In this document: piece after piece, positions 29,219-38,804 of the stretch | Position numbering within the stretch: the first letter of the stretch is position 1 | How the letters are laid out: every line of letters starts with the position of its first letter | Source of the DNA: Sulfurovum sp. | Lineage (GTDB): Bacteria > Campylobacterota > Campylobacteria > Campylobacterales > Sulfurovaceae | DNA: 64,000 bases | Assembly: GCA_020721775.1 (NCBI GenBank) | Contig: DYLZ01000001.1 | Location: forward strand, 4,290-68,289 | Direction of reading: 5' to 3' | Notes under the pieces: model-generated | The model's database searches: none | Seen by the model: the letters and a program-made list of their open reading frames with translations, nothing else | Told to the model about the DNA's origin: nothing | Program-made: the position numbers and the translations under genes

Positions 29219-29914
29219 TTGAAGAAAATATTCTTGACCTTGTCATTATCGGCTATTCTTTTTGCAAACAGTGGCTTTTTTTCATTTTTAAACAAGGACA
29301 ATAAATATAAAAATAGAGCTGTCCTATCCATAAGTATGCAAAATGTATTTTGTCAAACACATAAAAACAAAAAAGAGTGCCAAATGGGCAGCAAAAAGAT
29401 CCTAGCGCTTCATGGACTTTGGCCTCAGCCTAAAAATAGACAATACTGCAATGTAAGCAAAAAAATAATAGGTGCTGATAAAAATCACCAATGGTACAGA
29501 CTGCCGGATATAAAGATTGATTATAGAACAAGGGAAGAACTTTCAATAGCTATGCCCGGCGTTGCTTCAGATCTTCATAAGCACGAATGGTACAAGCACG
29601 GAACATGTTCAAACTTTGGCAGTAATGAATATTTTATGAGATCGATCAGCTACTTTAAACAATTTGAAAATAGTAGAGCAGGAAAGCTGATATATTCAAA
29701 AAGAGGAAAAATTCTGTATATTGACGAACTAAGAAAAAGTTTTGATATAAGTTTTGGCAATGGAGCTTCAAAAAAAGTCGAGATGATTTGTGAAAACGGA
29801 AAAGTTACTGAAATAAGAATAAATCTCGGTAATTACATTAATAAAAATTTAAACAATGCCGTAAAGAACGGTATGAATGTTAAAAAATCTTGTAAAAGCG
29901 GTATGGTAATTTGA
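29219..29914 (+). CDS. secreted ribonuclease, T2 family
   Basis: Both T2 catalytic blocks (LHGLWPQ and HEWYKHGTC) and an N-terminal signal peptide. TTG start. Confidence 0.85.
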   Translation: MKKIFLTLSLSAILFANSGFFSFLNKDNKYKNRAVLSISMQNVFCQTHKNKKECQMGSKKILALHGLWPQPKNRQYCNVSKKIIGADKNHQWYRLPDIKIDYRTREELSIAMPGVASDLHKHEWYKHGTCSNFGSNEYFMRSISYFKQFENSRAGKLIYSKRGKILYIDELRKSFDISFGNGASKKVEMICENGKVTEIRINLGNYINKNLNNAVKNGMNVKKSCKSGMVI

Positions 29915-31197
29915 AAAAAGTTAATGAAATTTGCGAGCTTCTAAAAAAAGAAAATGTTTTTTTAACAGGCGGGGCAGGGGTAGGGAAAAGCTATACTACG
30001 CTAAAAGTTATAGATAATTTTAAAAAAATGGGCAAAAATGTAGTCTCGCTTGGCTCAACCGGTGTAAGCGCTGTTGCAGTTAACGGCATGACGGTACATA
30101 GTTTTTTTGTTTTTGGCATAGCAAATTCACTAGAAGAACTTGAAATGGGAGATAAGAGATCAAAACATAGATTAGTAGAGCTTAAAAAAATAATTTCAAA
30201 TACAGATTTGATTGTAATAGATGAAATATCCATGATAAGTGCTAATCTGATCGATATGATAGCTTACAGGCTTGATTCGATGAATTTTTCAGGCAAAATT
30301 TTGTTTGTAGGAGATTTTTTTCAGCTTAGCCCAATTGTGAAATATGTGAAATATAAAGAAAATGTAGGTTTATTTGACAGCTTGCTTTTTGCATTTGAAA
30401 GCAGCTCATGGCAAAATTTTGCTCCAATAACCGTAGAACTTACTAAAATGCATAGAACGCACGATATGCATTTTACAAAGATATTGTCCAAGATCAGAAA
30501 AGGTGAAGTTGATACGCAAGTCATTGAATATATAAAATTATTGCAACAAAACACGGCTTTGGAAAATTCAACATATCTATTTGGCAAAAATGAACATGTT
30601 GAAAAGATGAACAGGGATAAGCTTGCAGAGCTGTCATCGCCTGCTGTAACTCTGATAGCTCAAAATAGCAGCATCAAAAATGTTCATGAGAGTAAAGTTG
30701 CAAATTGGAAGAAATCTCTTCCGGTATCTGATACATTAACTCTAAAGGTAGGCGCTCCGGTGCTTTTTTGTGTAAATAAACGGGACTTGTATGCAAATGG
30801 CGAAAGAGGTATCATAAAAGAGATAAGCGCTAAAGCCGTCATTGTTGAAAAAGATGATAGTTTTGTTCGTGTAGAGCCTCATGTTTTTGAACTTGTAGAG
30901 TTTCGCGCAGATAACGACGGTAAGCTAAAATCAGTTACACTTGCAACCATGTCACAGTTCCCGTTAAAGCTAGCCTATGCCATAACTATACACAAATCAC
31001 AAGGCATGAGTATAGACAACCTTGTCTGCAATGTAGATAATATTTTTACGCCGAGTCAATTTTATGTCGCGCTTTCCCGTGCAACAAACCCAAAAACCCT
31101 AAAGGTTGATTATAATGGCAACAACTTGGAATATTATCTAAAGAGAGTTATCTCTGTTGACCAAAGAGTAGTAGAATTTTACAACAGTGTCATATAG
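29911..31197 (+). CDS. Pif1/RecD-like ATP-dependent DNA helicase
   Basis: Walker A GGAGVGKS, IDEISM Walker B and a C-terminal ITIHKSQG...VALSR motif. The TTG start overlaps the RNase T2 stop. Confidence 0.8.
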   Translation: MKKVNEICELLKKENVFLTGGAGVGKSYTTLKVIDNFKKMGKNVVSLGSTGVSAVAVNGMTVHSFFVFGIANSLEELEMGDKRSKHRLVELKKIISNTDLIVIDEISMISANLIDMIAYRLDSMNFSGKILFVGDFFQLSPIVKYVKYKENVGLFDSLLFAFESSSWQNFAPITVELTKMHRTHDMHFTKILSKIRKGEVDTQVIEYIKLLQQNTALENSTYLFGKNEHVEKMNRDKLAELSSPAVTLIAQNSSIKNVHESKVANWKKSLPVSDTLTLKVGAPVLFCVNKRDLYANGERGIIKEISAKAVIVEKDDSFVRVEPHVFELVEFRADNDGKLKSVTLATMSQFPLKLAYAITIHKSQGMSIDNLVCNVDNIFTPSQFYVALSRATNPKTLKVDYNGNNLEYYLKRVISVDQRVVEFYNSVI

Positions 31198-31879
31198 TTG
31201 CCAAAGAGATATTTCCAACTTTTTTGATAACTATCTTTTGTTTTTTTACAACGCTTAAGTCTCCGTCAAACTCCAATACATTATAATGATTGTTCAGATC
31301 AATCTCTAGATCATCATCTAATCTGCCATATATGTTTAAAAATCTTTTAAATTTTAGCGGCGTAAAGACAAAAAATCTGCTTTTAGAAAAAAGTAAAAAC
31401 GGTGTAGCTAATAAAAGAAACGGCAGCAAAAACATTAATGTGATCATATATCTCAATAAGCCTGTTTTTAAAAATCCAAATCTTAATACTTCAGATAAAA
31501 ATATATGAGCAACATCACTTGAGTTGCCGCAAGAAAATAAAAATATTTTTTTATCTATCGCATAAAAAGGTATGGTTATATTTTTGATATGTTCATTGTT
31601 AGATATAGATGAAAGTATCTTATAAAAACTCGGCAATCTGTGTATTTTGGCTACAACATTGAATGATCCGGTTGGATTGATGATGAAAGGAGGAATTAAA
31701 GAAGTCTCAAATTTGTGATATAGATCTTTAAGTGTCCTTCTGATAGCCCCATCACCACCGCTAACGAGTATATAATCATAGTCTGATATATTTTCTATTA
31801 AATGTATATTTCCAAACGGGGTATAGACAATCTCCAGATTTTCAAATTCTATATGTTTGCCAACGGAGAGAATTTTCAT
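31190..31879 (-). CDS. diacylglycerol/lipid kinase catalytic-domain-like protein with a C-terminal hydrophobic segment
   Basis: SGGDG and NPTGSFN motifs. Predicted TM stretch LRYMITLMFLLPFLLLATPFLLF. Confidence 0.5.
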   Translation of the reverse strand: MKILSVGKHIEFENLEIVYTPFGNIHLIENISDYDYILVSGGDGAIRRTLKDLYHKFETSLIPPFIINPTGSFNVVAKIHRLPSFYKILSSISNNEHIKNITIPFYAIDKKIFLFSCGNSSDVAHIFLSEVLRFGFLKTGLLRYMITLMFLLPFLLLATPFLLFSKSRFFVFTPLKFKRFLNIYGRLDDDLEIDLNNHYNVLEFDGDLSVVKKQKIVIKKVGNISLATI

Positions 31880-32293
31880 CTATTTGGCGCTTTTTGCTTT
31901 ATAGTCATTTTTTATTTGATTTAAAACATCTATCAGATCATCTTTGCTTTTTGCGCCTATTATAGGTTCGTGCAACTCTTTACCGTTACTGGAAACAAAA
32001 TACAAAGTAGGAGTACCGAATGGCTCCATAACGCCTTTCGGAAGTGTGTTTGCTTTTGAAATATCTATAAATTTTACTTCAAAATCACTATCGAGTATTT
32101 TTTTAACATCAGCTTTTTTAAATGTATCTTTGAGCAGCTCGCAAGAACCACAGCCGCTCTGCTCAACAAATAAAATGGATATTTTATCAGATTGCCCAGC
32201 TTGTCCACCGGCAGATGCCGCATTTTTTGAGTCAGAGCAAGCAATAACAAATAACAATAATATCGGAAGTAATAAAAACTTTATATTTTTCAT
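31880..32293 (-). CDS. thioredoxin-fold lipoprotein
   Basis: Lipobox ...VIAC and a CGSC redox motif. Confidence 0.7.
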   Translation of the reverse strand: MKNIKFLLLPILLLFVIACSDSKNAASAGGQAGQSDKISILFVEQSGCGSCELLKDTFKKADVKKILDSDFEVKFIDISKANTLPKGVMEPFGTPTLYFVSSNGKELHEPIIGAKSKDDLIDVLNQIKNDYKAKSAK

Positions 32294-32302
32294 TCTGCTA
32301 TC

Positions 32303-33289
32303 CTATTGATTAAATAGATCATACTCTTGCTGCAAAGTAGGAAGTATAGATTTATCCAAATTATACACAAATGCGTAGTTATATGTCAACTGTTTTAGTT
32401 TTTGCTGCACATCGTGAATATCATCGAACCAAACAGGATTTTTCTCTAAATCAATTTTTGTTTTTTTGGGAGTTAGTATTATGCTTCTTATCCATTTGAG
32501 ACGAAAAAATATATACTCATTAGCTTCATAGATATCTTTAAGGTTATCTACAAATATTACGGCTTTTTCACTTTTTGAGCTTGACTGGATCCTTAGCTGA
32601 TTGTCTATAAAAACCGGAATAAAATGTTTTGTATATTTTATCTTTTCTATATCATACCTAAGGTGATGCGCTTGTAAAAAATGCAATACTTTTGTCAAGT
32701 GCTTCATATGAAAAGGGGCTATATCATAGTTTTGATATACATATCCGTCTATTTTGAAACTGCATTTAAACAGTGTATCTGAAATGAGCTGGTAGTCCAT
32801 CTCTTTGTCAAGTCTTGCAATATTCGGCTTAATGGTAGTAAGCAGCTCTTCGTCATCTCCGACAAAAAGCAGATCATTGCTATTTACTATCTGTTCAAAT
32901 GTTTTTCTCCAATCATTTGAGAGAATAGTTATATTTCTTTTATCGACCGCAACCATTTTTAAAAAACTTAATTCATGGGTATTTAGCAGATATATATCTA
33001 TCTCTTTTTTTAGCAAAACATACCGGATAAGCTTCATAGCGGCAAGCTTTATATCGCTTACTTTTATCCATGCTATTTCGCTATCATTTCTGACTATGTC
33101 ATCATTATCAAAAATAACAGCATATGCGCCGTTACTAATTGCGCTGTCAATATCCTCCTGATTTGATGAAAAAAAAAGATCGCCTTGTTCTACTTTTGAC
33201 GGATAAACCGTAGCGCTATTGACCGATTGTATTTTCGGAGTACCTACAAGCTCTCCGTTTGTTATATTTACGACATCACTTATATTCAT
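32303..33289 (-). CDS. conserved hypothetical protein with a MurF-N-terminal-like start but no P-loop
   Basis: The N-terminus resembles Mur ligase domain 1 (G.L.G......V...S..V..GDLFF). I see no GxxGKT. Confidence 0.5.
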   Translation of the reverse strand: MNISDVVNITNGELVGTPKIQSVNSATVYPSKVEQGDLFFSSNQEDIDSAISNGAYAVIFDNDDIVRNDSEIAWIKVSDIKLAAMKLIRYVLLKKEIDIYLLNTHELSFLKMVAVDKRNITILSNDWRKTFEQIVNSNDLLFVGDDEELLTTIKPNIARLDKEMDYQLISDTLFKCSFKIDGYVYQNYDIAPFHMKHLTKVLHFLQAHHLRYDIEKIKYTKHFIPVFIDNQLRIQSSSKSEKAVIFVDNLKDIYEANEYIFFRLKWIRSIILTPKKTKIDLEKNPVWFDDIHDVQQKLKQLTYNYAFVYNLDKSILPTLQQEYDLFNQ

Positions 33290-35235
33290 TATTTAACCGG
33301 TGTCCCTGGAGTTTTGGGTGCTTCGGGACGAAGAAGATGAAGCCCGTTTTCATCCTTTGCAGCTAAAAGCATTCCTTCACTTATATTTCCCATGAGTTTT
33401 GCCGGTTTTAAGTTTGCTACTACGCATACCTGTGTTCCCACTAGAACCTCAGGAGCGTAAAACTCTTTGATACCTGCTACTATTTGTCTTGGGGCATCTT
33501 CGCCCAAATCAACTTTTAAAAGCAGTAATTTTTCACTTTTTGGAACTTCTTCTGCGTGCACGATAGTGCCTATCTTAAGAGATGTTTTGAAAAAATCATC
33601 TATGCCTATTAGCGCTACACCTTCATCATTTTTGGCTTCATTCACTTTTGGCTCACTTTGCTTTTCATTATTTTTTTGAGGTTCATAAGCTGCCATTAGA
33701 GGCTCTTCAATTCTTGGAAATAGAGGAGGGATCTTTGATATCGTGAACTCCGGTAAACTTTTTTGATCTATTACAAAATTTTTCCATGAGCTATTATCTA
33801 TCTCAAAATTAAGCACATTTGCTATTTTTTTAGAAACTACAGGCATTATAGGATATAGCATGATCGAGACACGAGCCAAGATATTAGCAATAAGTGCTAC
33901 AAGTGCCATTGCTTCCTCTGTTTTTTCTTCTTTCATGAGTGTCCAAGGCTGATATTTGTCTATCGCTTTATTTGCAACGCCGATAGGTCTCCATAACTCT
34001 TCTAAATATTTATGTAATTGCATTTCATACAAGAATGGTTCTAATTTTGACAATGACTCATTGACTTCATTAAGCTCAATAGCATAATATTTTTCAATAT
34101 TAATTGAGTTAATATTTCCGTTAAAATATTTTTCACTCATACCGATAAGTCTGTTTAGAAGATTACCCAGATCGTTGCCAAGGTCAGAGTTGATCCTGTC
34201 AATTAGTGCTTTTTGGCTAAAGTCACCGTCTCCGCCAAAAGGTACTTCACGAAGCATAAAATATCTAAAGTTATCAAGTCCGTAAGCATCTGCTACCTCT
34301 TTTGGATTGATAACATTACCTTTTGATTTACTCATCTTTTCACCGTCTCTTGTCCACCATCCATGAGCCGCAACATGCTTTGGAAGAGGCAGATCAAGAC
34401 TCATCAAAAATGCCGGCCAATATATCGCGTGAAATCTTAGTATATCTTTGCCTATCAGATGTACTCTTGCCGGCCAATACTTCATTTTGCTCTCGTCATT
34501 GCCATATCCAAGAGCCGTGAGATAATTCATAAGGGCATCAAGCCATACATACATTACATGTTTCGGATCGTCAAATTTTGCAGGCAGTTTAACGCCCCAG
34601 TCGAAACTTGTTCTTGTGATAGAAAGGTCTTCTAAGCCGCCCTCTACAAATCTGACAACTTCATTTCTTTTGCTTTTTGGCAATATGCAATTTGGATTTT
34701 CATTGTACCAAGCAAGTAGTTTATCTTGGTATTTTGAAAGTCTAAAGAAGTAACTCTCTTCTTCTACCACAGTAGTGCTTTTCCCACACTCTGGGCAAAA
34801 TTCATCGTCTACAAGCTGTGTTTTTGTAAAAAATGTTTCGCAGGATATACAGTAATGACCGCTATAAACATCTTTGTATATATCGCCATTGTCAAACATC
34901 TTTTCAAATGCGACTTGAACGCCTTTTTTGTGTTTTTCGTCCGTTGTTCGTATGAATGAATCATAACTGATATCAAAATCATCCCAAAGGTTTTTAAAAC
35001 TTGCAGAGATTTTATCTGCATATACTTTTGGGCTTTCACCTCTGGCTTTTGCCGCTTCTTCTATTTTTTGACCATGTTCATCCGTGCCTGTCAAAAAGAA
35101 CACATCATAACCTATCATTCTAGAGTATCTGGCTATAGTATCGGCTATGATCGTAGTATAAGCGTGACCTATGTGAGGGACATCATTGACATAATAGATA
35201 GGGGTTGTTATATAGGTTGGTTTGTTGCATTGCAT
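33289..35235 (-). CDS. metG: methionyl-tRNA synthetase with a C-terminal tRNA-binding (EMAP-like) domain
   Basis: HIGH (PHIGHAYT) and KMSKS motifs, and a CxxC...CxxC knuckle. Confidence 0.95.
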   Translation of the reverse strand: MQCNKPTYITTPIYYVNDVPHIGHAYTTIIADTIARYSRMIGYDVFFLTGTDEHGQKIEEAAKARGESPKVYADKISASFKNLWDDFDISYDSFIRTTDEKHKKGVQVAFEKMFDNGDIYKDVYSGHYCISCETFFTKTQLVDDEFCPECGKSTTVVEEESYFFRLSKYQDKLLAWYNENPNCILPKSKRNEVVRFVEGGLEDLSITRTSFDWGVKLPAKFDDPKHVMYVWLDALMNYLTALGYGNDESKMKYWPARVHLIGKDILRFHAIYWPAFLMSLDLPLPKHVAAHGWWTRDGEKMSKSKGNVINPKEVADAYGLDNFRYFMLREVPFGGDGDFSQKALIDRINSDLGNDLGNLLNRLIGMSEKYFNGNINSINIEKYYAIELNEVNESLSKLEPFLYEMQLHKYLEELWRPIGVANKAIDKYQPWTLMKEEKTEEAMALVALIANILARVSIMLYPIMPVVSKKIANVLNFEIDNSSWKNFVIDQKSLPEFTISKIPPLFPRIEEPLMAAYEPQKNNEKQSEPKVNEAKNDEGVALIGIDDFFKTSLKIGTIVHAEEVPKSEKLLLLKVDLGEDAPRQIVAGIKEFYAPEVLVGTQVCVVANLKPAKLMGNISEGMLLAAKDENGLHLLRPEAPKTPGTPVK

Positions 35236-35296
35236 GAAGTTTTCCTTAACAAATGAGTTTTGGGATTTTACAAATGGAGTGTAAAACTATATGAGG

Positions 35297-35302
35297 ATTA
35301 TA
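35297..35302 (-). promoter_or_regulatory. candidate -10 box for metG
   Basis: TATAAT on the minus strand about 60 nt upstream of the metG ATG. AAGGAAAACTTC precedes the ATG. Confidence 0.35.
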
Positions 35303-35360
35303 TCTAAAAATTGCTTTTAAAGTGATTTGCAACTTTTCTTAGTTGCTTTATTCTTTATAT

Positions 35361-35475
35361 TGAATCCTCTGAATAAATCCTGATAGACAATTTTGCCAGG
35401 CAGCTCGAATGGCGAAAGCTTCGGGGTTCTAGTCGTGGCAAACTCTTGGCTTGAATGGTTTGTTTAGAGGGTTCA
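35361..35475 (+). repeat. 115-nt hairpin-forming repeat element, copy 2 (candidate structured RNA or MITE)
   Basis: Reverse complement of 6450-6564. The 18-bp terminal helix, with G-U pairs, is complete on the plus strand here. Confidence 0.75.
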
Positions 35476-35647
35476 ATTGATACAATAACATACTAAAATA
35501 CCGCATCATTCGCTTCAAATAAAAACTCCGGTACAATATCTCTTAGAAACCAATCCTCAGTGCCAAATGTTGTGGACTAATACACTATCTTTGCAAAAAC
35601 TTAACAAATATGATAAAATGGTAGAAAATGACAAAAGGTAAAAGCAT

Positions 35648-35941
35648 ATGAGTGAAAAAGAATTGATTATACAAAAACTTATAGCCATTAAACCTCTATT
35701 GTCAAAAAAATATCACATATCCTCACTGGCTCTGTTCGGTTCAGTTGCCCGTAATGAGCAGACAAAAAAAAGTGATGTAGATTTACTTGTGGATTTTTCT
35801 ACAACTCCGGATTTGCTGAAATTTATAGAACTTGAAGAGAGGCTAAAAATTGAATTGAGCCGAAATGTAGACCTTGTTCCAAGGAGAAAACTTAGAGCTG
35901 AATTGTATGACCAGATAGAACATGAGAAAATAACTATATGA
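35648..35941 (+). CDS. MNT-type nucleotidyltransferase antitoxin (MntA-like), second copy
   Basis: LFGSVARNE....SDVDL motif, 97 aa. Confidence 0.85.
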   Translation: MSEKELIIQKLIAIKPLLSKKYHISSLALFGSVARNEQTKKSDVDLLVDFSTTPDLLKFIELEERLKIELSRNVDLVPRRKLRAELYDQIEHEKITI

Positions 35942-36282
35942 AGCGAAATTATCTGCTATATATAGATGATATACTTAGAAGTATTGATAAGTGCAAACAA
36001 TTTATTGATGGTTATGATTTTGAAAAATTTAAAACTGATGAAAAAACAATAAGTGCTTGTGTTCGTGAAATTGAAGTAATTGGCGAAGCAACAAAACAAA
36101 TACCTCAAGAAATAACAAGCAAATATCTTGATATTCCATGGAGTTTAATGGCAAAAATGAGAGACAAAATGATTCATTGGTATTTTGAAGTCGATGAAGA
36201 GATTGTTTGGAAAGTTATAAAAGAACAATTTCCAATTTTAAAAGACAATATTTATAAAATGAAACAAGAGTTGAATTCTTAA
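35938..36282 (+). CDS. HEPN-domain (DUF86) toxin (HepT-like), second copy
   Basis: R-x4-H motif in RDKMIHWY. 4-nt overlap with the MNT gene. Confidence 0.85.
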   Translation: MKRNYLLYIDDILRSIDKCKQFIDGYDFEKFKTDEKTISACVREIEVIGEATKQIPQEITSKYLDIPWSLMAKMRDKMIHWYFEVDEEIVWKVIKEQFPILKDNIYKMKQELNS

Positions 36283-36491
36283 AACTCAAATCCTCCGCCG
36301 CGTCCTTTATTCATACTTTCATAAACAGCTTTCACATAAGCCTCTCTAGTTTCACAATCAAAAAAGGCATCACACTTAAAGCAGCTATCTAATCCTTTGG
36401 ATTTTTGACACTCTGTGAGCTTATCTAGTTCCACTTCAAGTTTTTCTTCCCAAATATCTTTTGGTTTTTTATCAATCTCGCTCAATCTCAA
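36279..36491 (-). CDS. small Cys-containing hypothetical protein (70 aa)
   Basis: Translationally coupled to fbp (4-nt overlap). No motif recognised. Confidence 0.5.
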   Translation of the reverse strand: MRLSEIDKKPKDIWEEKLEVELDKLTECQKSKGLDSCFKCDAFFDCETREAYVKAVYESMNKGRGGGFEF

Positions 36492-37333
36492 ATCCCATAA
36501 GCACTTTTAAGGGCTTCTATCTCATATTTTGAACCAAAAAAGCAAGGAGTTGTATCATGCACAAATGATGGTTTAAGAGAAAGTAGATTGTCGCCTTTAT
36601 CATCTATCGCCATTCCGCCGGCGCTCTCATATACAAGAGCAAAAGGCAATACTTCAAAGAGTTGTCTGAGTTTGCCTTTTGGTTTATCGCTAGTTGCCGG
36701 ATAACTAAAAAGTCCGCCGCCTTTTAATAGTATTTGATGCAGATCAGGCACCATTCCGCCGCTATATCTAAGTCTATATCCCTCTTTAAAAAGAGAATCT
36801 ATGAAGTTTTTATGAATTGGTGTCCAATTTTGCTGTGTTCCTCCCGGAGCATTTAGCTTGCCTTTATCATTTAGAGTTATTTCGCCGATTTGCGTAAATT
36901 GACAGCTCATATATCTATAATGAATAGGCTTTTTGTTTCGCTCGCATATCACAAGCTCAATTCTCGGTCCATATACCACATACGCAGATGCCACAAGCCC
37001 ATTCCCGTCTAAGCTATTCTCATATATGCCAAATATTGAACCTACTGAGAGATCCACATCAACAAGGCTTGAGCCGTCAAGAGGATCATAACACACAGTA
37101 TATTTTCCATTCTTGTTCAATGTTGTCATACCTTCTTTTTCTTCACTTACTATGGCTTTAACGGATGCAACACTTTTAAAAGTTTCTTCGATGATAATGT
37201 CGCTTTGAACATCAAGTTTTAGTTGATCTTCACCTGAACTGTTTGAACTCTGATTATATCCCAGATCGGAGTTTTTTATTGCATTATCAATTTTAAGAGC
37301 TATATCCTTAATATTGTCAAAAATTGTATTCAT
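36488..37333 (-). CDS. fbp: fructose-1,6-bisphosphatase class 1
   Basis: Full-length FBPase I pattern (DPLDGSS, GGMV.D.H). The ATG at 37333 follows AAGGAG and overlaps the mobB stop. Confidence 0.9.
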   Translation of the reverse strand: MNTIFDNIKDIALKIDNAIKNSDLGYNQSSNSSGEDQLKLDVQSDIIIEETFKSVASVKAIVSEEKEGMTTLNKNGKYTVCYDPLDGSSLVDVDLSVGSIFGIYENSLDGNGLVASAYVVYGPRIELVICERNKKPIHYRYMSCQFTQIGEITLNDKGKLNAPGGTQQNWTPIHKNFIDSLFKEGYRLRYSGGMVPDLHQILLKGGGLFSYPATSDKPKGKLRQLFEVLPFALVYESAGGMAIDDKGDNLLSLKPSFVHDTTPCFFGSKYEIEALKSAYGI

Positions 37334-37824
37334 TATATCTCCTTGCCGTTTTGTAAAATCCACTCTATGATGGTTTGCGGATCATTTAAATCCATGATAT
37401 TCATACTCTTAGATACATTATATCTGCTCATATCAACAGTGCTATCTACTGCCAATGCTTCACTATAATCCAGATAGCTTTCATCTATCTCGCCTCTTGC
37501 AACGCAGATTCTAGGAAGCGGCAAATTTTTAAGTCCTTCAACTAACAATATATCAATATCGCCAAACATCAAAACCAGTTCTTCAAGTTCTTTTTGTCTA
37601 TGAGAGAAATAAGTAGTTCTAGTCGGCGATACAACAGCCACTTCTGCACCTGTAGAAAAAAATTTAAAACTGTCTTTTCCCTCTTTGTCAAAAATAGCCT
37701 TATCTTTTGGATCATGTTTTATGATACCTACTTTATATTTATCTTTTAAAATAGTAGAAATTTTTTCAATTATAGTCGTTTTACCGCTGTTTGATATGCC
37801 GGTAAATGCTACTGCTAATGCCAT
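37333..37824 (-). CDS. mobB: molybdopterin-guanine dinucleotide biosynthesis protein B
   Basis: Walker [10 protein letters not shown], 163 aa. Confidence 0.85.
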   Translation of the reverse strand: MALAVAFTGISNSGKTTIIEKISTILKDKYKVGIIKHDPKDKAIFDKEGKDSFKFFSTGAEVAVVSPTRTTYFSHRQKELEELVLMFGDIDILLVEGLKNLPLPRICVARGEIDESYLDYSEALAVDSTVDMSRYNVSKSMNIMDLNDPQTIIEWILQNGKEI

Positions 37825-37916
37825 TATTTACGCCTTTGAACATATTTAGCAATTATACTTAAAAGTTCATTGAAACTATGTTAAAATGTTCTTTTTAAAT
37901 TTGATGGGATTTTAAT

Positions 37917-38405
37917 ATGTTAAAAATAGTTATTGTTTTTTTTACTCTTTTATTTTTTTTAGCCGGATGCAGTGCTAAAAAAAATGACTTGCTATTTAAT
38001 GATTTTGGAAATAAGCAAGATAAATTTGATAAGATCCAAAAAACCAATAAAGCTCTCATCAAGCAAGACGGCAAAACTACAGGATTTATCACTGCTCTTT
38101 ACGATAATGATACAAAATATGAAAAATTTTTAGTAGGTATATACGCCGAAGAAGATTTGAAAAAATTGCAATTTTTACTTGACGGCAACAATGCTTTAAG
38201 GGTTGAAGAACTACAAAATAACGATAATAGACTAGATAAAATACCGCTAAAAAACAGATGGAGCAGATATTTTGAATTGACTTTTGTCAAGAGTGATCTA
38301 AATGTAATTAAGCTGCAAATTATAAATGGAAAATTTTGGAATAAAGAGATGATCTTTTCTAAAGTACCAAACTATCTGAACAGTAAAGACAATAATATCT
38401 TTTGA
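37917..38405 (+). CDS. hypothetical lipoprotein
   Basis: Signal peptide with lipobox FFLAGC. Confidence 0.6.
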   Translation: MLKIVIVFFTLLFFLAGCSAKKNDLLFNDFGNKQDKFDKIQKTNKALIKQDGKTTGFITALYDNDTKYEKFLVGIYAEEDLKKLQFLLDGNNALRVEELQNNDNRLDKIPLKNRWSRYFELTFVKSDLNVIKLQIINGKFWNKEMIFSKVPNYLNSKDNNIF

Positions 38406-38804
38406 TCAGATATTAATTTTGTAAAATTGTATAACGAGCAAATAACCCAAAGCGCTTAAAGCTATTGTACCTATCAAATTTATAGTGATATTGCTAAAAG
38501 CTTGAAAAAATCGTCCGGATTCTAATAAAAAAAAGCTCTCGATCGCAAAAGTAGAGTAGGTAGTAAGCGCTCCTACAAAACCTGTAGCTAAAAAGCTTTT
38601 TACATGAGGGGATAGTGTAGGGTGATGATGAAAATATGCAAATAAAACGCCGATTATAAAACTGCCTGATAAATTTACAATGATAGTTCCGTAGGGAAGA
38701 TAATTGCTTAGATTTTTTGCGGCAAATCCATTTACAAGCATTCTTGTAATTGCGCCAAGCGCACCGCCGCTACCTACTGCGATTATTAAACTTAAGTTCA
38801 TCAT
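38406..38804 (-). CDS. crcB: fluoride ion channel CrcB/FluC
   Basis: Four-TM 132-aa protein with the GGALGA..R and GF.G.LTT.STF motifs. Confidence 0.85.
   Translation of the reverse strand: MMNLSLIIAVGSGGALGAITRMLVNGFAAKNLSNYLPYGTIIVNLSGSFIIGVLFAYFHHHPTLSPHVKSFLATGFVGALTTYSTFAIESFFLLESGRFFQAFSNITINLIGTIALSALGYLLVIQFYKINI

Noticed and set aside
35329-35356. Hairpin GCAACT-tttctt-AGTTGC plus a T-run on the plus strand, which looks like an intrinsic terminator.
   Set aside because: There is no plus-strand gene or recognisable transcript upstream of it, since metG is on the other strand. I cannot assign a function, so it is mentioned only as context for repeat copy 2.
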